Source: Polyangiaceae bacterium
GTDB taxonomy: Bacteria > Myxococcota_A > Polyangia > Polyangiales > Polyangiaceae
Reading direction: 5' to 3'
Assembly: GCA_044222475.1 (NCBI GenBank)
Contig: JBGANF010000084.1
Coordinates: forward strand, 1-35,784
Length of the DNA stretch: 35,784 nt
The position numbers and the translations under genes are program-made. Positions 26,070 through 34,837 of the stretch are shown here, piece after piece. The first letter of the stretch is position 1. Every line of letters begins with the position of its first letter. The notes under the pieces were generated by a model, which saw only the letters and a program-made list of their open reading frames with translations, searched no databases and was not told the DNA's origin.

Positions 26070-28361
26070 ATGTTTCGTCGCGCGATTTCCATCGCCGTGG
26101 CGGGAGCCGCATTGGCGTTCGCAGTGAACGTCGAAGCGGCCGACGCGGTTTGCATCTCCGACGCGGCGAAGCCTTCGGCCGTCGCGTGTGCCGCTCAGGG
26201 CAGCGTCGCGCCGAACGCAGCGCATCGCCCGGGCACTGCGCCGCGCGCGATTCCGGCGCCCGCCGCGCCACCGCCTCGGGGAACGACGCCACCGCCGCCC
26301 GCCGCGAACCCGGCGCCCGTCGTCCCGCAGAGTCCGCTTCAGCTCCAGTCCCGCGCCCTCCTCGTCACCCAGATCCAAAGCCTCGAGACCCTCTTCTACC
26401 GGACGCCGAAGACCGACCCCGATCGTCCGCGGCTCGCGCGTCGCTTGGCCGAGGAGCACGCGAGCCTCGAGAGCGCCGCTCGCGCGGACGAGGTCCGAGC
26501 CGAGATCGCTCGTGACGCCGCGAGGAAGGCCACGCCGCCCGACAAGGCCCTCGCCGAGCACCAGCAGGTTCTGGCCAACCAGGCGCACCTCATCATGCTC
26601 GCGGCCCGGAGGAAGACGGTCGACTACTACACGCTCATCACGAACGAGTATCCGTCGTACCCGCAGCTCGACGAGGTCCTCTACTTCCTGGCCTACGAGT
26701 ACGAGCAAGCCGGCGACACCGCGAACGCGCGCAAGATCTACTACCGGCTCATCCAGCAGGCGCCGGCGTCGAGGTACATCAAGAACGCATACCTGGCGTT
26801 CGGTGAGCTGTTCTTCACCGAGGCGCAGGGCGATCCGTCGAAGTGGGACCTCGCGGCGCAGGCCTACGAACAGGTGCTCAAGTTCCCGCCGCAGACGAAC
26901 CCGCTCTACGGCTACGCCTGGTACAAGCTCGCGTACGTCTTCTGGAACAAGGGCGAGCTCGATCGAGCGCTCGACGCGTTCAAGAAGACCGTCGACTTCG
27001 GCACCGCGTTCAGTCAGTTCCCCGGCGCATCGAAGCTCGCGGACAGCGCGCGGCGTGACGTGATCCCGGTGTACGCGCTGAAGGGCGATCCCGGAGCAGC
27101 GTACGTCGTGCTCCACCGCATGAGCGGGGACCCCGCGGGCTCGAACCAGAAGACGTTCGCGATGATGGACGACCTCGGGACGAGCTACCTCGACACCGGC
27201 CATTATCCCGAGGCCATTGCACTCTACAAAGACCTGGCCACGCGCGACAAAGGCAGCGATCGATCGTGCGGATACCAAGCGCACGTCACGGAGGCCGTCA
27301 TGGCCTACCGCTCCGGCAACAAGGACGCGATCAAAGGTGCGCTCGACGAGCAGCTCCGCGTCCACGAAGACTTCAAGAAGGCGGCCCACCCGGATCCCGC
27401 GAAGCTCGACTGCGCGTCGAAGACCGCTGCGCTCGTCGTCGAGACGGCGATCACGTGGCACATCGAAGCGGTCGGCTCGTCGGCCCAGCAGCGCGGCACC
27501 AACGACGCGAAGACGATGACGCTCGCGACGTACCTCTACCGTCGCGCGCTCGACACGTGGACCTCGCCGGAGATCGCGCAGCTCCAGTTTCCGCAGCTCG
27601 CGAAGGAGGATTGGCCGACGGCGTGGAAGATCAAGTACGCCCTCGCCGACCTCGCGTACTTCCAGGGAAGGTGGACCGAGTGCGGTCCGGCGTTCGCCGC
27701 GGTGGTCGCCGAGGATCCTCACGCGCCCGGGGCGGCAGAAGCGTCGTACGCGGAGGTGCTCTGCTGGCAGAAGCTGTACGAGACGACGCACGGATCGACC
27801 ACCTCGAGCTCCGCGCCGGTCGCGAACGACCTGAAGCCGAGGCCGCTCACCGAACAACAGCGCGGGATGATCGCCGCGTTCGACCGCTACGCGTGCACCA
27901 TCCACCCGGACGCGAAAGACGTCGCGGGTCAGGAGCAGCTCGTCGAGGTGAAGTGGGCGCGCGCTCGAACGTACTTCGAAGCTCGGCATTGGGAAGAAGC
28001 GGCCGGCGCGTTTCGGGAGATTGCGTTCGCGTTCGCCGAACGCACCGCCTCGGTCGACGCGGCCGAGCTCTATCTCGAGAGCCTGAACGCGCTGGGGACG
28101 CACGCGGACCCGCCGAGGCCGGCCTGCTTCGACGACATGACCCAGGACGTGCCGAAGCTCCTCGCGCTCTACTGCGGCGCCGACAAGGCGAAGCAGAACG
28201 AAGAGCACTGCGTGCGTTTCGCCCGCATCCAGATCGACATCCTCCGGCTCGCGGCTCAGAGCTGCGTGAGCTCGGACGGATCCGCCGCGCACATGGAGTC
28301 GTGCGCGACGCAGTACCTCGAGATCTACCGAACCTACTGCAAGCGATCGCCACGAGGCTGA
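26070..28361 (+). CDS. N-terminal 763-aa fragment of a secreted GltD/AgmU-like TPR protein
   Basis: SD-like GAGGT before the ATG, Sec signal ending VEA, Pro-rich linker and TPRs, including DEVLYFLAYEY...YYRLIQQAPASRYIKNAYLAFGELFF and YGYAWYKLAY. These resemble myxobacterial gliding protein GltD/AgmU as recalled, not searched. Confidence 0.8.
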   Translation: MFRRAISIAVAGAALAFAVNVEAADAVCISDAAKPSAVACAAQGSVAPNAAHRPGTAPRAIPAPAAPPPRGTTPPPPAANPAPVVPQSPLQLQSRALLVTQIQSLETLFYRTPKTDPDRPRLARRLAEEHASLESAARADEVRAEIARDAARKATPPDKALAEHQQVLANQAHLIMLAARRKTVDYYTLITNEYPSYPQLDEVLYFLAYEYEQAGDTANARKIYYRLIQQAPASRYIKNAYLAFGELFFTEAQGDPSKWDLAAQAYEQVLKFPPQTNPLYGYAWYKLAYVFWNKGELDRALDAFKKTVDFGTAFSQFPGASKLADSARRDVIPVYALKGDPGAAYVVLHRMSGDPAGSNQKTFAMMDDLGTSYLDTGHYPEAIALYKDLATRDKGSDRSCGYQAHVTEAVMAYRSGNKDAIKGALDEQLRVHEDFKKAAHPDPAKLDCASKTAALVVETAITWHIEAVGSSAQQRGTNDAKTMTLATYLYRRALDTWTSPEIAQLQFPQLAKEDWPTAWKIKYALADLAYFQGRWTECGPAFAAVVAEDPHAPGAAEASYAEVLCWQKLYETTHGSTTSSSAPVANDLKPRPLTEQQRGMIAAFDRYACTIHPDAKDVAGQEQLVEVKWARARTYFEARHWEEAAGAFREIAFAFAERTASVDAAELYLESLNALGTHADPPRPACFDDMTQDVPKLLALYCGADKAKQNEEHCVRFARIQIDILRLAAQSCVSSDGSAAHMESCATQYLEIYRTYCKRSPRG

Positions 28362-29483
28362 TCCTGATCGATCCCGCGAACAAGATGGATCGCACGCCGC
28401 TCGCGAAGAAGGCCGTCTACGAGATCGGCGGCAACTACCAGGCGATCGCGGTCTACGACAAGGCCGCCGAGTGGTACGAGCGGTACGCCGAAGATCGAAC
28501 GGCCGAGAATGCCGACAAGGCGCTCAGTGATGCGGTGCTGCTCCGCCTCGGTCTCGGCACCGACGCCGACGTCCAGCGCGCGATCGAAGACGGCGCGCGG
28601 TTCCAGCGAAACTACGGCGCGACGAAGGGCCCGCAAGCCGCGGCGATCGCCTTCGCGATCGGCGCGCACTACGGCGAGAAGGAGGAGTGGGACAAGGCCG
28701 AGAGCGCGCTCCGCGGTGCCCTCGCCCTCGTCGATCGGGTCGCCGGCATCGACGTGCGGATTCAGGCGCACGCGCTGCTCGGGCGCGCGTACGCCAACTC
28801 GAAGAACGCCGCGGCGGCGAAAGCCGAGTACGCGCGGGTCGGCGATCTCTGGCGCGACCCCGTGGCGGGCAAGAAGAAGATCGACGACACCTACGCTGCG
28901 GAGGACGATGGGCAACGCACCAAGCGTCTGGCCAAGGTGCTCAACGCGGTCGGCGAGGCACTCTTCTTCGCTGCCGACCAGACGAAGCAGGCCGAAGTCG
29001 ACCCGCTGCGCTTCCCCGTCTACTCGGGCTCGGGGTCGACCGCCGACGTGAAGCGCCACATCGACACGAAGGTGAAGGAGTGGCTCGAGCGCAAGATGGC
29101 CGCGATCACCAAGGTCGAGCGCGAGTACGCGCAGATCATGGCCATCCAGCCGGTGGCCCCGCCGCGGTGGGTGATCGCAGCGGGTTCGCGCGTCGGGGGA
29201 CTGGGATCACGAGCTTCGCGAGCGCTACATCGTGGGCCTTCGCGAAAAGAGCGAGCCGATCAAAGCGGAGCGCGCAAAGCCGGCGCTCGTCGCGTGCCTC
29301 TCCTACTCCGTGCGGTACCAACTCTTCGACGACAGCTCACGCGCCTGCGAGACGTGGCTCGCGGAGAACTACCGATCCGAGTACCACCTCGTCGACGAGC
29401 TCCGCGGCGCCCCGACTCTCGTGAGCACGGCCATCGATCGCACACCGCCGCTCGCCGTGGGGGGCGTCGCCGTCGCGCACTGA
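26070..29483 (+). pseudogene. GltD/AgmU-like TPR gene interrupted by two frameshifts
   Basis: Protein-like TPR sequence continues in a second frame from ~28343 (AIATRLILIDP...AAGSRVGG) to ~29203. It then returns to the original frame from ~29202 (WDHELRERYIVGLREKSEP...RACETWLAENYRSEYHLVDELRG) to the stop at 29483. Confidence 0.75.
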
Positions 29484-29505
29484 CCGACCCGAGGGGTCAT
29501 GGTGG

Positions 29506-29877
29506 TCACTTCTTCTTCGGGCACGAAGCGTGGGCCGCGTCACAGTCTCGAATCGAGGCGTACTCGCTCGTGCAGTGATAGCTGCATCCGCTTCCGGAGA
29601 ACTCGACGCACGCACTTCCATTCCACATGATCGTTTGAAAGAAGGCGTCGCACATCCCTTCGGTGGTGCAGCGCCCAGGAGCGCAAGCCTGGGGCGCTGC
29701 AGACGCGGAGACGGACGCAGAGGCGCTCGCAGATGCGGTGACTGGAGCCGGCGTGCCCGTCACGGTAGCGGACGGCGATGCCGCGCTCGACGCCTCGCGC
29801 GTCGGCCCCTCCGGCGGTATCGACGGAGCCGAGCGAGTGCACGCGACCAGTATGCCGGCTGCGACGACGCGCTTCAC
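29506..29877 (-). CDS. Small lipoprotein (123 aa) with a Ser/Ala/Pro stalk and a C-terminal Kunitz/BPTI-like Cys domain
   Basis: MKRVVAAGILVAC signal; GMCDAFFQTIMWNGSACVEFSGSGC...YASIRDCDAAHASC parallels the Kunitz pattern GxC...YN...C..F.Y.GC...F.S...C...C. TACGTT lies 6 nt upstream of the GTG. Confidence 0.7.
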   Translation of the reverse strand: MKRVVAAGILVACTRSAPSIPPEGPTREASSAASPSATVTGTPAPVTASASASASVSASAAPQACAPGRCTTEGMCDAFFQTIMWNGSACVEFSGSGCSYHCTSEYASIRDCDAAHASCPKKK

Positions 29878-30008
29878 TGGACGAACGTAGCGTGCACTTT
29901 GCAAGTTTGCACGCCGCAGGGGCGGCGAAATTGCAGGGTTGAAGGGAGGAGCACCGCCACCCGCCGGCGAAGTGCGCAGGATGAAACGGCTCGAACGTCG
30001 AGTCGCTT

Positions 30009-30025
30009 GCGGCACGGCGCTTGCT
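30009..30025 (+). promoter_or_regulatory. Sigma54 (-24/-12) promoter
   Basis: GCGGCACGGCGCTTGCT = GGCACG-N4-TTGCT, with GG(30011-30012)-N10-GC(30023-30024). Predicted +1 is near 30036, just before GTG 30039. Confidence 0.65.
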
Positions 30026-30038
30026 CCTCACGACCACC

Positions 30039-30290
30039 GTGAAGCCCGCGCACCGCGCCGTCGAGAAGCTGCGTCACCTCCTGGGTGACGAGGCCGCGGA
30101 CGAGCTCGTGGCATCCACGATGAGGCGTGTGGGTCTGAAGAGCCTCGCGGATCCCGACGACTTGGCGAAGTTCGCCGAGGAGCTCATTCTCACTGGCGGC
30201 CTCGTCGAGGCGGTGGGCCGCGCGATCAAGATTCAGGCATTGCTCGCCGGCGCGAAGCCCCTCGCGGCGACCGGCACCGATCGCGGCTGA
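30039..30290 (+). CDS. Small helical hypothetical protein (83 aa)
   Basis: MKPAHRAVEKLRHLLGDEAADELVASTMRRVGL...PDDLAKFAEELILTGGLVEAVGRAIKIQALLAGA. Typical codon usage; lies behind a sigma54-like promoter. The TTG at 30021 falls inside that promoter. Confidence 0.75.
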   Translation: MKPAHRAVEKLRHLLGDEAADELVASTMRRVGLKSLADPDDLAKFAEELILTGGLVEAVGRAIKIQALLAGAKPLAATGTDRG

Positions 30291-30294
30291 CGTC

Positions 30295-31137
30295 TCACTC
30301 CGAGTAGAACGAAGCTCCGAACGACGTGTAGAGGTTGCCGCCCGCGTCGCCGGTGTTGGGCGTCGGCGCTGCGTCGTAGTAGTCGGCATACGGCGTCCAC
30401 GTGTTGTTCGTGCCGTCCTTCACTTCGCCGAGAGCGACGACCTTGTAGCCGGTGCCCTTGATCTCGGCGCCGTACTTGCCGTCGAGCGCGGTCACGCCGA
30501 GCGTGGTGACGTCGGCGAAAGGAATCGGCGCGTCGTTCGCGTCCACGATCGTCACGGTGAGGCGGCCGCTGAGCGTCGTGGTCGTCGAGCTGGCGAGGAG
30601 GATGCCCGTCGTGTTCGTGAAGACGAGCTTGCCCTTCGTCAAATCCGAGTCGGTTGCACTATACACCCACTTTTCGCCGGGCACGTCGACCGGTCCGTCG
30701 AGTGAGAGACCACACGGCGTCTTCGGATCGTCGCAGACGACCCAGTAGATGTGGAACAAGTCGGCGCGGTTGATGCCGGTGTAGGTCCACGTCAGGCCGC
30801 CGGCCCGACCGAGATCGCCGGTGGGCTTCCACGTCAGGCCGAACGGCGGGAACGTCGGCTCGAGCTTCGGCGAGAGCTGAGAGTCGCCGCAGCCCACCTT
30901 GTTCACCGGCTCCTTGGGTGGCGTTCCGGGGCACTTGTCCGTGCCGTCGGGCACGCCGTCGCCGTCTTTGTCGCACGGGCCGTCGCAGCCCGTTCCGCCG
31001 TCGCCGGTGATGCTGCCGTCCTTCGTGGTGCCCGCGTCGCTCCCCGGCGTGGTCGTGTCGGTGGACTGCGCGGTGGCACAGCTCGCCGCCACGAAGAGCG
31101 CCACCACGGCGCCCGCACAGCGGCTCATCGACATCAT
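30295..31137 (-). CDS. Lipoprotein with one thrombospondin type-3 (TSP3)-like Ca-binding repeat and an unknown beta domain (~280 aa)
   Basis: Lipobox AASC, DAG linker and DKDGDGVPDGTDKCPGTP...VNKVGC. The exact Met is uncertain (31137/31134/31128). Confidence 0.8.
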   Translation of the reverse strand: MMSMSRCAGAVVALFVAASCATAQSTDTTTPGSDAGTTKDGSITGDGGTGCDGPCDKDGDGVPDGTDKCPGTPPKEPVNKVGCGDSQLSPKLEPTFPPFGLTWKPTGDLGRAGGLTWTYTGINRADLFHIYWVVCDDPKTPCGLSLDGPVDVPGEKWVYSATDSDLTKGKLVFTNTTGILLASSTTTTLSGRLTVTIVDANDAPIPFADVTTLGVTALDGKYGAEIKGTGYKVVALGEVKDGTNNTWTPYADYYDAAPTPNTGDAGGNLYTSFGASFYSE

Positions 31138-31220
31138 GATCCCATTGTCCCCCAATTCCAGCGTGTTTCAAGCACGCGTCACCGTGCGGGCGGTGGCTCG
31201 CTCCGTGGTACGTTGGCACC

Positions 31221-31874
31221 ATGAGAAAGCTCGGCGTTCTTTCCTTCGGCGTGACGATGGCGGGCCTCGTGTTCTTCGCGTGCGTCGGAGACTCGACCCC
31301 CGTCGGCGGCCAGGGTCAGCTCGATGGCCCCTGCTACCCCGGCGACACGTGCAACGCTGGGCTGAAATGCGATCTCAGCGGTGGTGCCGGCAAGTGCATC
31401 GTCGCGCCGACCAACGATGCTGCCATCGAGACGGGGACGCCCGACGCCGCGAGCGACTCGAGTGGCGTCTGCGTGTTCACCCCCACCGGCTACCCCTGCA
31501 AGGACATCCAGCAACCGACGGCGTGTTTTGGTCTGTCCCAAGGCTGCACCGTGACGGGGTGCGGCTCGACCGACGTGAGGTGGGAGTGCAACTCCCCCAA
31601 CCAGTGCAACGGTACGCCCTGCTGCGTCCCCGCCGAGGCGGTCCTCACGCCGTCGGTCGCCTGCACGCAGGGCACCCTTCAGCTCGCCGCGGCGGACGCG
31701 GGCGGCCAGAACGGTGCAAGCTGCAAGCAAGGCGCAGCGTGCCCCGCGGGCGAGACGCAGCTCTGCCAATCGAACGCGCAGTGCCCCAAGGGCAAGGTCT
31801 GCGGTCCGGTGAAGGTGACCGGCGGTCCGTCGTCGATGAACAACTACACCATCGGGGCGTGCGGTCCGGGCTGA
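31221..31874 (+). CDS. Cys-rich lipoprotein (217 aa)
   Basis: Signal ending FFAC-VGD; GPCYPGDTCNAGLKC module; many further Cys. TGG-TACGTT lies 6 nt upstream of the ATG. Confidence 0.85.
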   Translation: MRKLGVLSFGVTMAGLVFFACVGDSTPVGGQGQLDGPCYPGDTCNAGLKCDLSGGAGKCIVAPTNDAAIETGTPDAASDSSGVCVFTPTGYPCKDIQQPTACFGLSQGCTVTGCGSTDVRWECNSPNQCNGTPCCVPAEAVLTPSVACTQGTLQLAAADAGGQNGASCKQGAACPAGETQLCQSNAQCPKGKVCGPVKVTGGPSSMNNYTIGACGPG

Positions 31875-31899
31875 GCTGGGCCTATCCTGAAGGGACCCC

Positions 31900-32676
31900 A
31901 TGGCTCGCGCCGTACTCGTCATCGCCGACATCGGCGGTTACACGAAGTTCATGAAGGTGCACCGGATCAACCTGGCGCACGCTCAGTACGTCGTCGCGCA
32001 GCTCCTCGAGGCGGTCATCGACGGTGCGGGGAAGAAGCTCGAGCTGGCGAAGCTCGAAGGGGACGCAGCCTTCTTCTACGCGACCCTCCCGGAGAACAAG
32101 GACGTCGACCTCGAGCCGTACGCGCGCGCGATCACCAACATCCGTCGCGAGTTCCTCCGCAGGCGCGAGTCGCTGGCGATCGATCGCGTGTGCAGCTGCG
32201 ATGGGTGCGTGCAGGCCGGGGAGCTCCGCTTGAAGTTCGTCGCGCACGTCGGTGACGTCGCGTTCCAGAAGGTGAAGCGCTACACCGAGCTGGCTGGGGT
32301 CGACGTCATCCTCGTCCACCGGCTGCTCAAGAACAGCGTGCCCGTGCCGGAGTACGTCCTCACGAGCGATGCGGCGCACCCGCTGCTACCGTCCGACTTC
32401 CGCGAGCGGACGACGACGCTCGAAGAGGAGCTCGAGGGCCTCGGAAAGGCCCAGCTCCACTACGTCGACCTCGAGAAGCTCGAGATCGAGAAGCCCGAGG
32501 TGTTCCGCTCGTCGTGGTTCGGTCGCGTGTGGGGGTGGATCAAGATGACGCTGAGCTCGCTTCCGTATTTCGTGGGCGCGAAGAAGTCGTGCGAAGGATT
32601 TCGCAACGTCGGTGAGCTCTTGCCGGAGACGACGCCCACGCTCCTCCCGCCGAGCCCCGAGTCGAAGCGGTCGTGA
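31900..32676 (+). CDS. DUF2652 family protein (class III nucleotidyl cyclase-like fold)
   Basis: VIADIGGYTKFM, KLEGDA, CSCDGC, LKFVAHVG and GVDVILVHRLLKN. Confidence 0.85.
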   Translation: MARAVLVIADIGGYTKFMKVHRINLAHAQYVVAQLLEAVIDGAGKKLELAKLEGDAAFFYATLPENKDVDLEPYARAITNIRREFLRRRESLAIDRVCSCDGCVQAGELRLKFVAHVGDVAFQKVKRYTELAGVDVILVHRLLKNSVPVPEYVLTSDAAHPLLPSDFRERTTTLEEELEGLGKAQLHYVDLEKLEIEKPEVFRSSWFGRVWGWIKMTLSSLPYFVGAKKSCEGFRNVGELLPETTPTLLPPSPESKRS

Positions 32677-34202
32677 GCGAGCACACCTGGGTCTCGGTCG
32701 AGTGCGCCTTCACATGTCGCATGTGCGGCTTCGTGGTGCCGCTCAACCAGATCGACACGGACGGAGCGGTCTCGTGCGTGCGGTGTGGCCTCGAACAAGC
32801 CTTCGAGGTGCGAGCGTGGGGCGATGCGCTTCGTCACGCGCACTGCGTCGGGGCAGGGCAAGAGTCGTCGCGCACCCTCGAGGTCGGGGGCGCGAACCGG
32901 CTCCGCATCACCGCGCGCCCTGGCCGGCCGGAGTGCGCTTCGTGCGGCGGCGCGCTCGAGATCGCGTTTGGCGAAAAGGGGCGCGTCGACCTCACCTGCA
33001 AGTCGTGCGGGAAGACCGACGGCTACGTGATCCCCGCCCAAGCGCGCAACATGAGCAAGGGCAAGCTGATCGGCGTCATCGCGACGCAGCACCTCGCAGA
33101 CCGTGAGGCGGTCAAGGTCGAGAAGAGCGCGGGCGCGGTCGCCGTGCAGTGTCCGTCGTGCAACGCGTCGCTGCCGCCTCCGGATGATTCGAAGCTGGTC
33201 ACCTGCAAGTACTGCAACACGGTGTCGCGCATCCCCGACAACGTCGCGTTCCTCTTGAATGGTCGAGAGCCGGTCGCCGAGGCGATGTGGCTCCTGTTCA
33301 AGGGCCCGACCGCGATCGAAGAGGAGGCCGCGAAGGAAGCGCAGTCGCGCGCGGAGCGGGCGCGCAAGCAGGAGGAAGGGCGCCGCCGCAAGGAGGCCGC
33401 GCAAGCCGAGGCGCGCGAGCGAAACGCGACGGCGCGCGTCGCGGCCGAGCGCGAACAGGCCGCGCGCAACGAGGCGAAGGCTCAGGCCGAAGAACAACGG
33501 CAGAGCGCACGACGAGAGCGCGCGGAGAGCGAGCGCCGTCAGCAGGCGTTCATCGTCGCGGCGATCATCGGCATCGTCGTCGTCGCCGGGGCGATCACCG
33601 TGTGGCTCGAGTCCTCCAACAAGAAGAGCCCGTCCGCGGTCGAGCCGAAGAGTGGACACGGTGGCGACGGCCAGCAGCAGCCACGCGCAAAGCCGCCCGA
33701 GCCGCCGCCCGCTTACGTAGCCGTTCCTTCCTGTGGGTGCATCAGTCGAGCAGGGTCGGCGAAGAACACGTTCGCGCTCGAGGCGCCCGTCCCCGGCGAG
33801 AGCCAGTGGTTCATCAGTTGGGAGCAGAAGTCGGGCTTCATGACGTCGACCATGCCGTTCGCGATCGACGCAGCCGACCAGAGCGTCCTCACGCCTGCTG
33901 CCGGTGCCAAGTCTCTCGCGCTCGCCATCGCTTGCGAGGGCGCGATCGTCGCGCTCGTCAGCGCGAACGTCGCGACCGCGTGGGAGGGAAACGAGCAGAA
34001 GAGCATCTGGACGGTGAAGCTCCCGGCGCCGTTCGATCCGTCGCGGGTGGCGCGCGACGCCGGCGCAACCGCAAAGACGGTCGGCGCGGCGATCGACGTC
34101 TCGTGCCCGACCGTGCTCCCGGTCGAAGCCGGGAAGATCGCGTTGTCGCTCGCGGGCGGAAAGCGCGCGACGATCTCGATGAACGACGGCGTCGTCCACT
34201 GA
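32673..34202 (+). CDS. Multi-zinc-ribbon / coiled-coil / single-TM protein with an extracytoplasmic C-terminal domain (509 aa)
   Basis: Six CxxC pairs (CRMC, CVRC, CASC, CKSC, CPSC, CKYC), an Ala/Glu/Arg coiled coil and TM segment AFIVAAIIGIVVVAGAITVWL. GTGA overlap with DUF2652. Confidence 0.85.
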   Translation: MSEHTWVSVECAFTCRMCGFVVPLNQIDTDGAVSCVRCGLEQAFEVRAWGDALRHAHCVGAGQESSRTLEVGGANRLRITARPGRPECASCGGALEIAFGEKGRVDLTCKSCGKTDGYVIPAQARNMSKGKLIGVIATQHLADREAVKVEKSAGAVAVQCPSCNASLPPPDDSKLVTCKYCNTVSRIPDNVAFLLNGREPVAEAMWLLFKGPTAIEEEAAKEAQSRAERARKQEEGRRRKEAAQAEARERNATARVAAEREQAARNEAKAQAEEQRQSARRERAESERRQQAFIVAAIIGIVVVAGAITVWLESSNKKSPSAVEPKSGHGGDGQQQPRAKPPEPPPAYVAVPSCGCISRAGSAKNTFALEAPVPGESQWFISWEQKSGFMTSTMPFAIDAADQSVLTPAAGAKSLALAIACEGAIVALVSANVATAWEGNEQKSIWTVKLPAPFDPSRVARDAGATAKTVGAAIDVSCPTVLPVEAGKIALSLAGGKRATISMNDGVVH

Positions 34203-34215
34203 TACCCTCCGCAGC

Positions 34216-34809
<594 letters not shown>

Positions 34810-34837
34810 AGCGACGATCTCCGGTACCCTTCGCGTC

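Noticed and set aside
23932..28292. Minus-strand ORFs of 629 and 771 aa
   Set aside because: Antisense shadows of the amylase and GltD-like genes.
28330..28361. Programmed ribosomal frameshift as the explanation for the split GltD-like gene
   Set aside because: There is no X XXY YYZ slippery heptamer or homopolymer run at the first junction, and two opposite programmed shifts would be needed.
29481..29508. Small hairpin GACCC-GAG-GGGTC between convergent genes
   Set aside because: The stem is short and there is no U-tract, so it cannot be called a terminator.
27266..29578. 770-aa ORF as a single real gene
   Set aside because: Only ~28343-29203 reads as protein-like. The first ~360 codons and the tail are off-frame shadows of the GltD-like gene.
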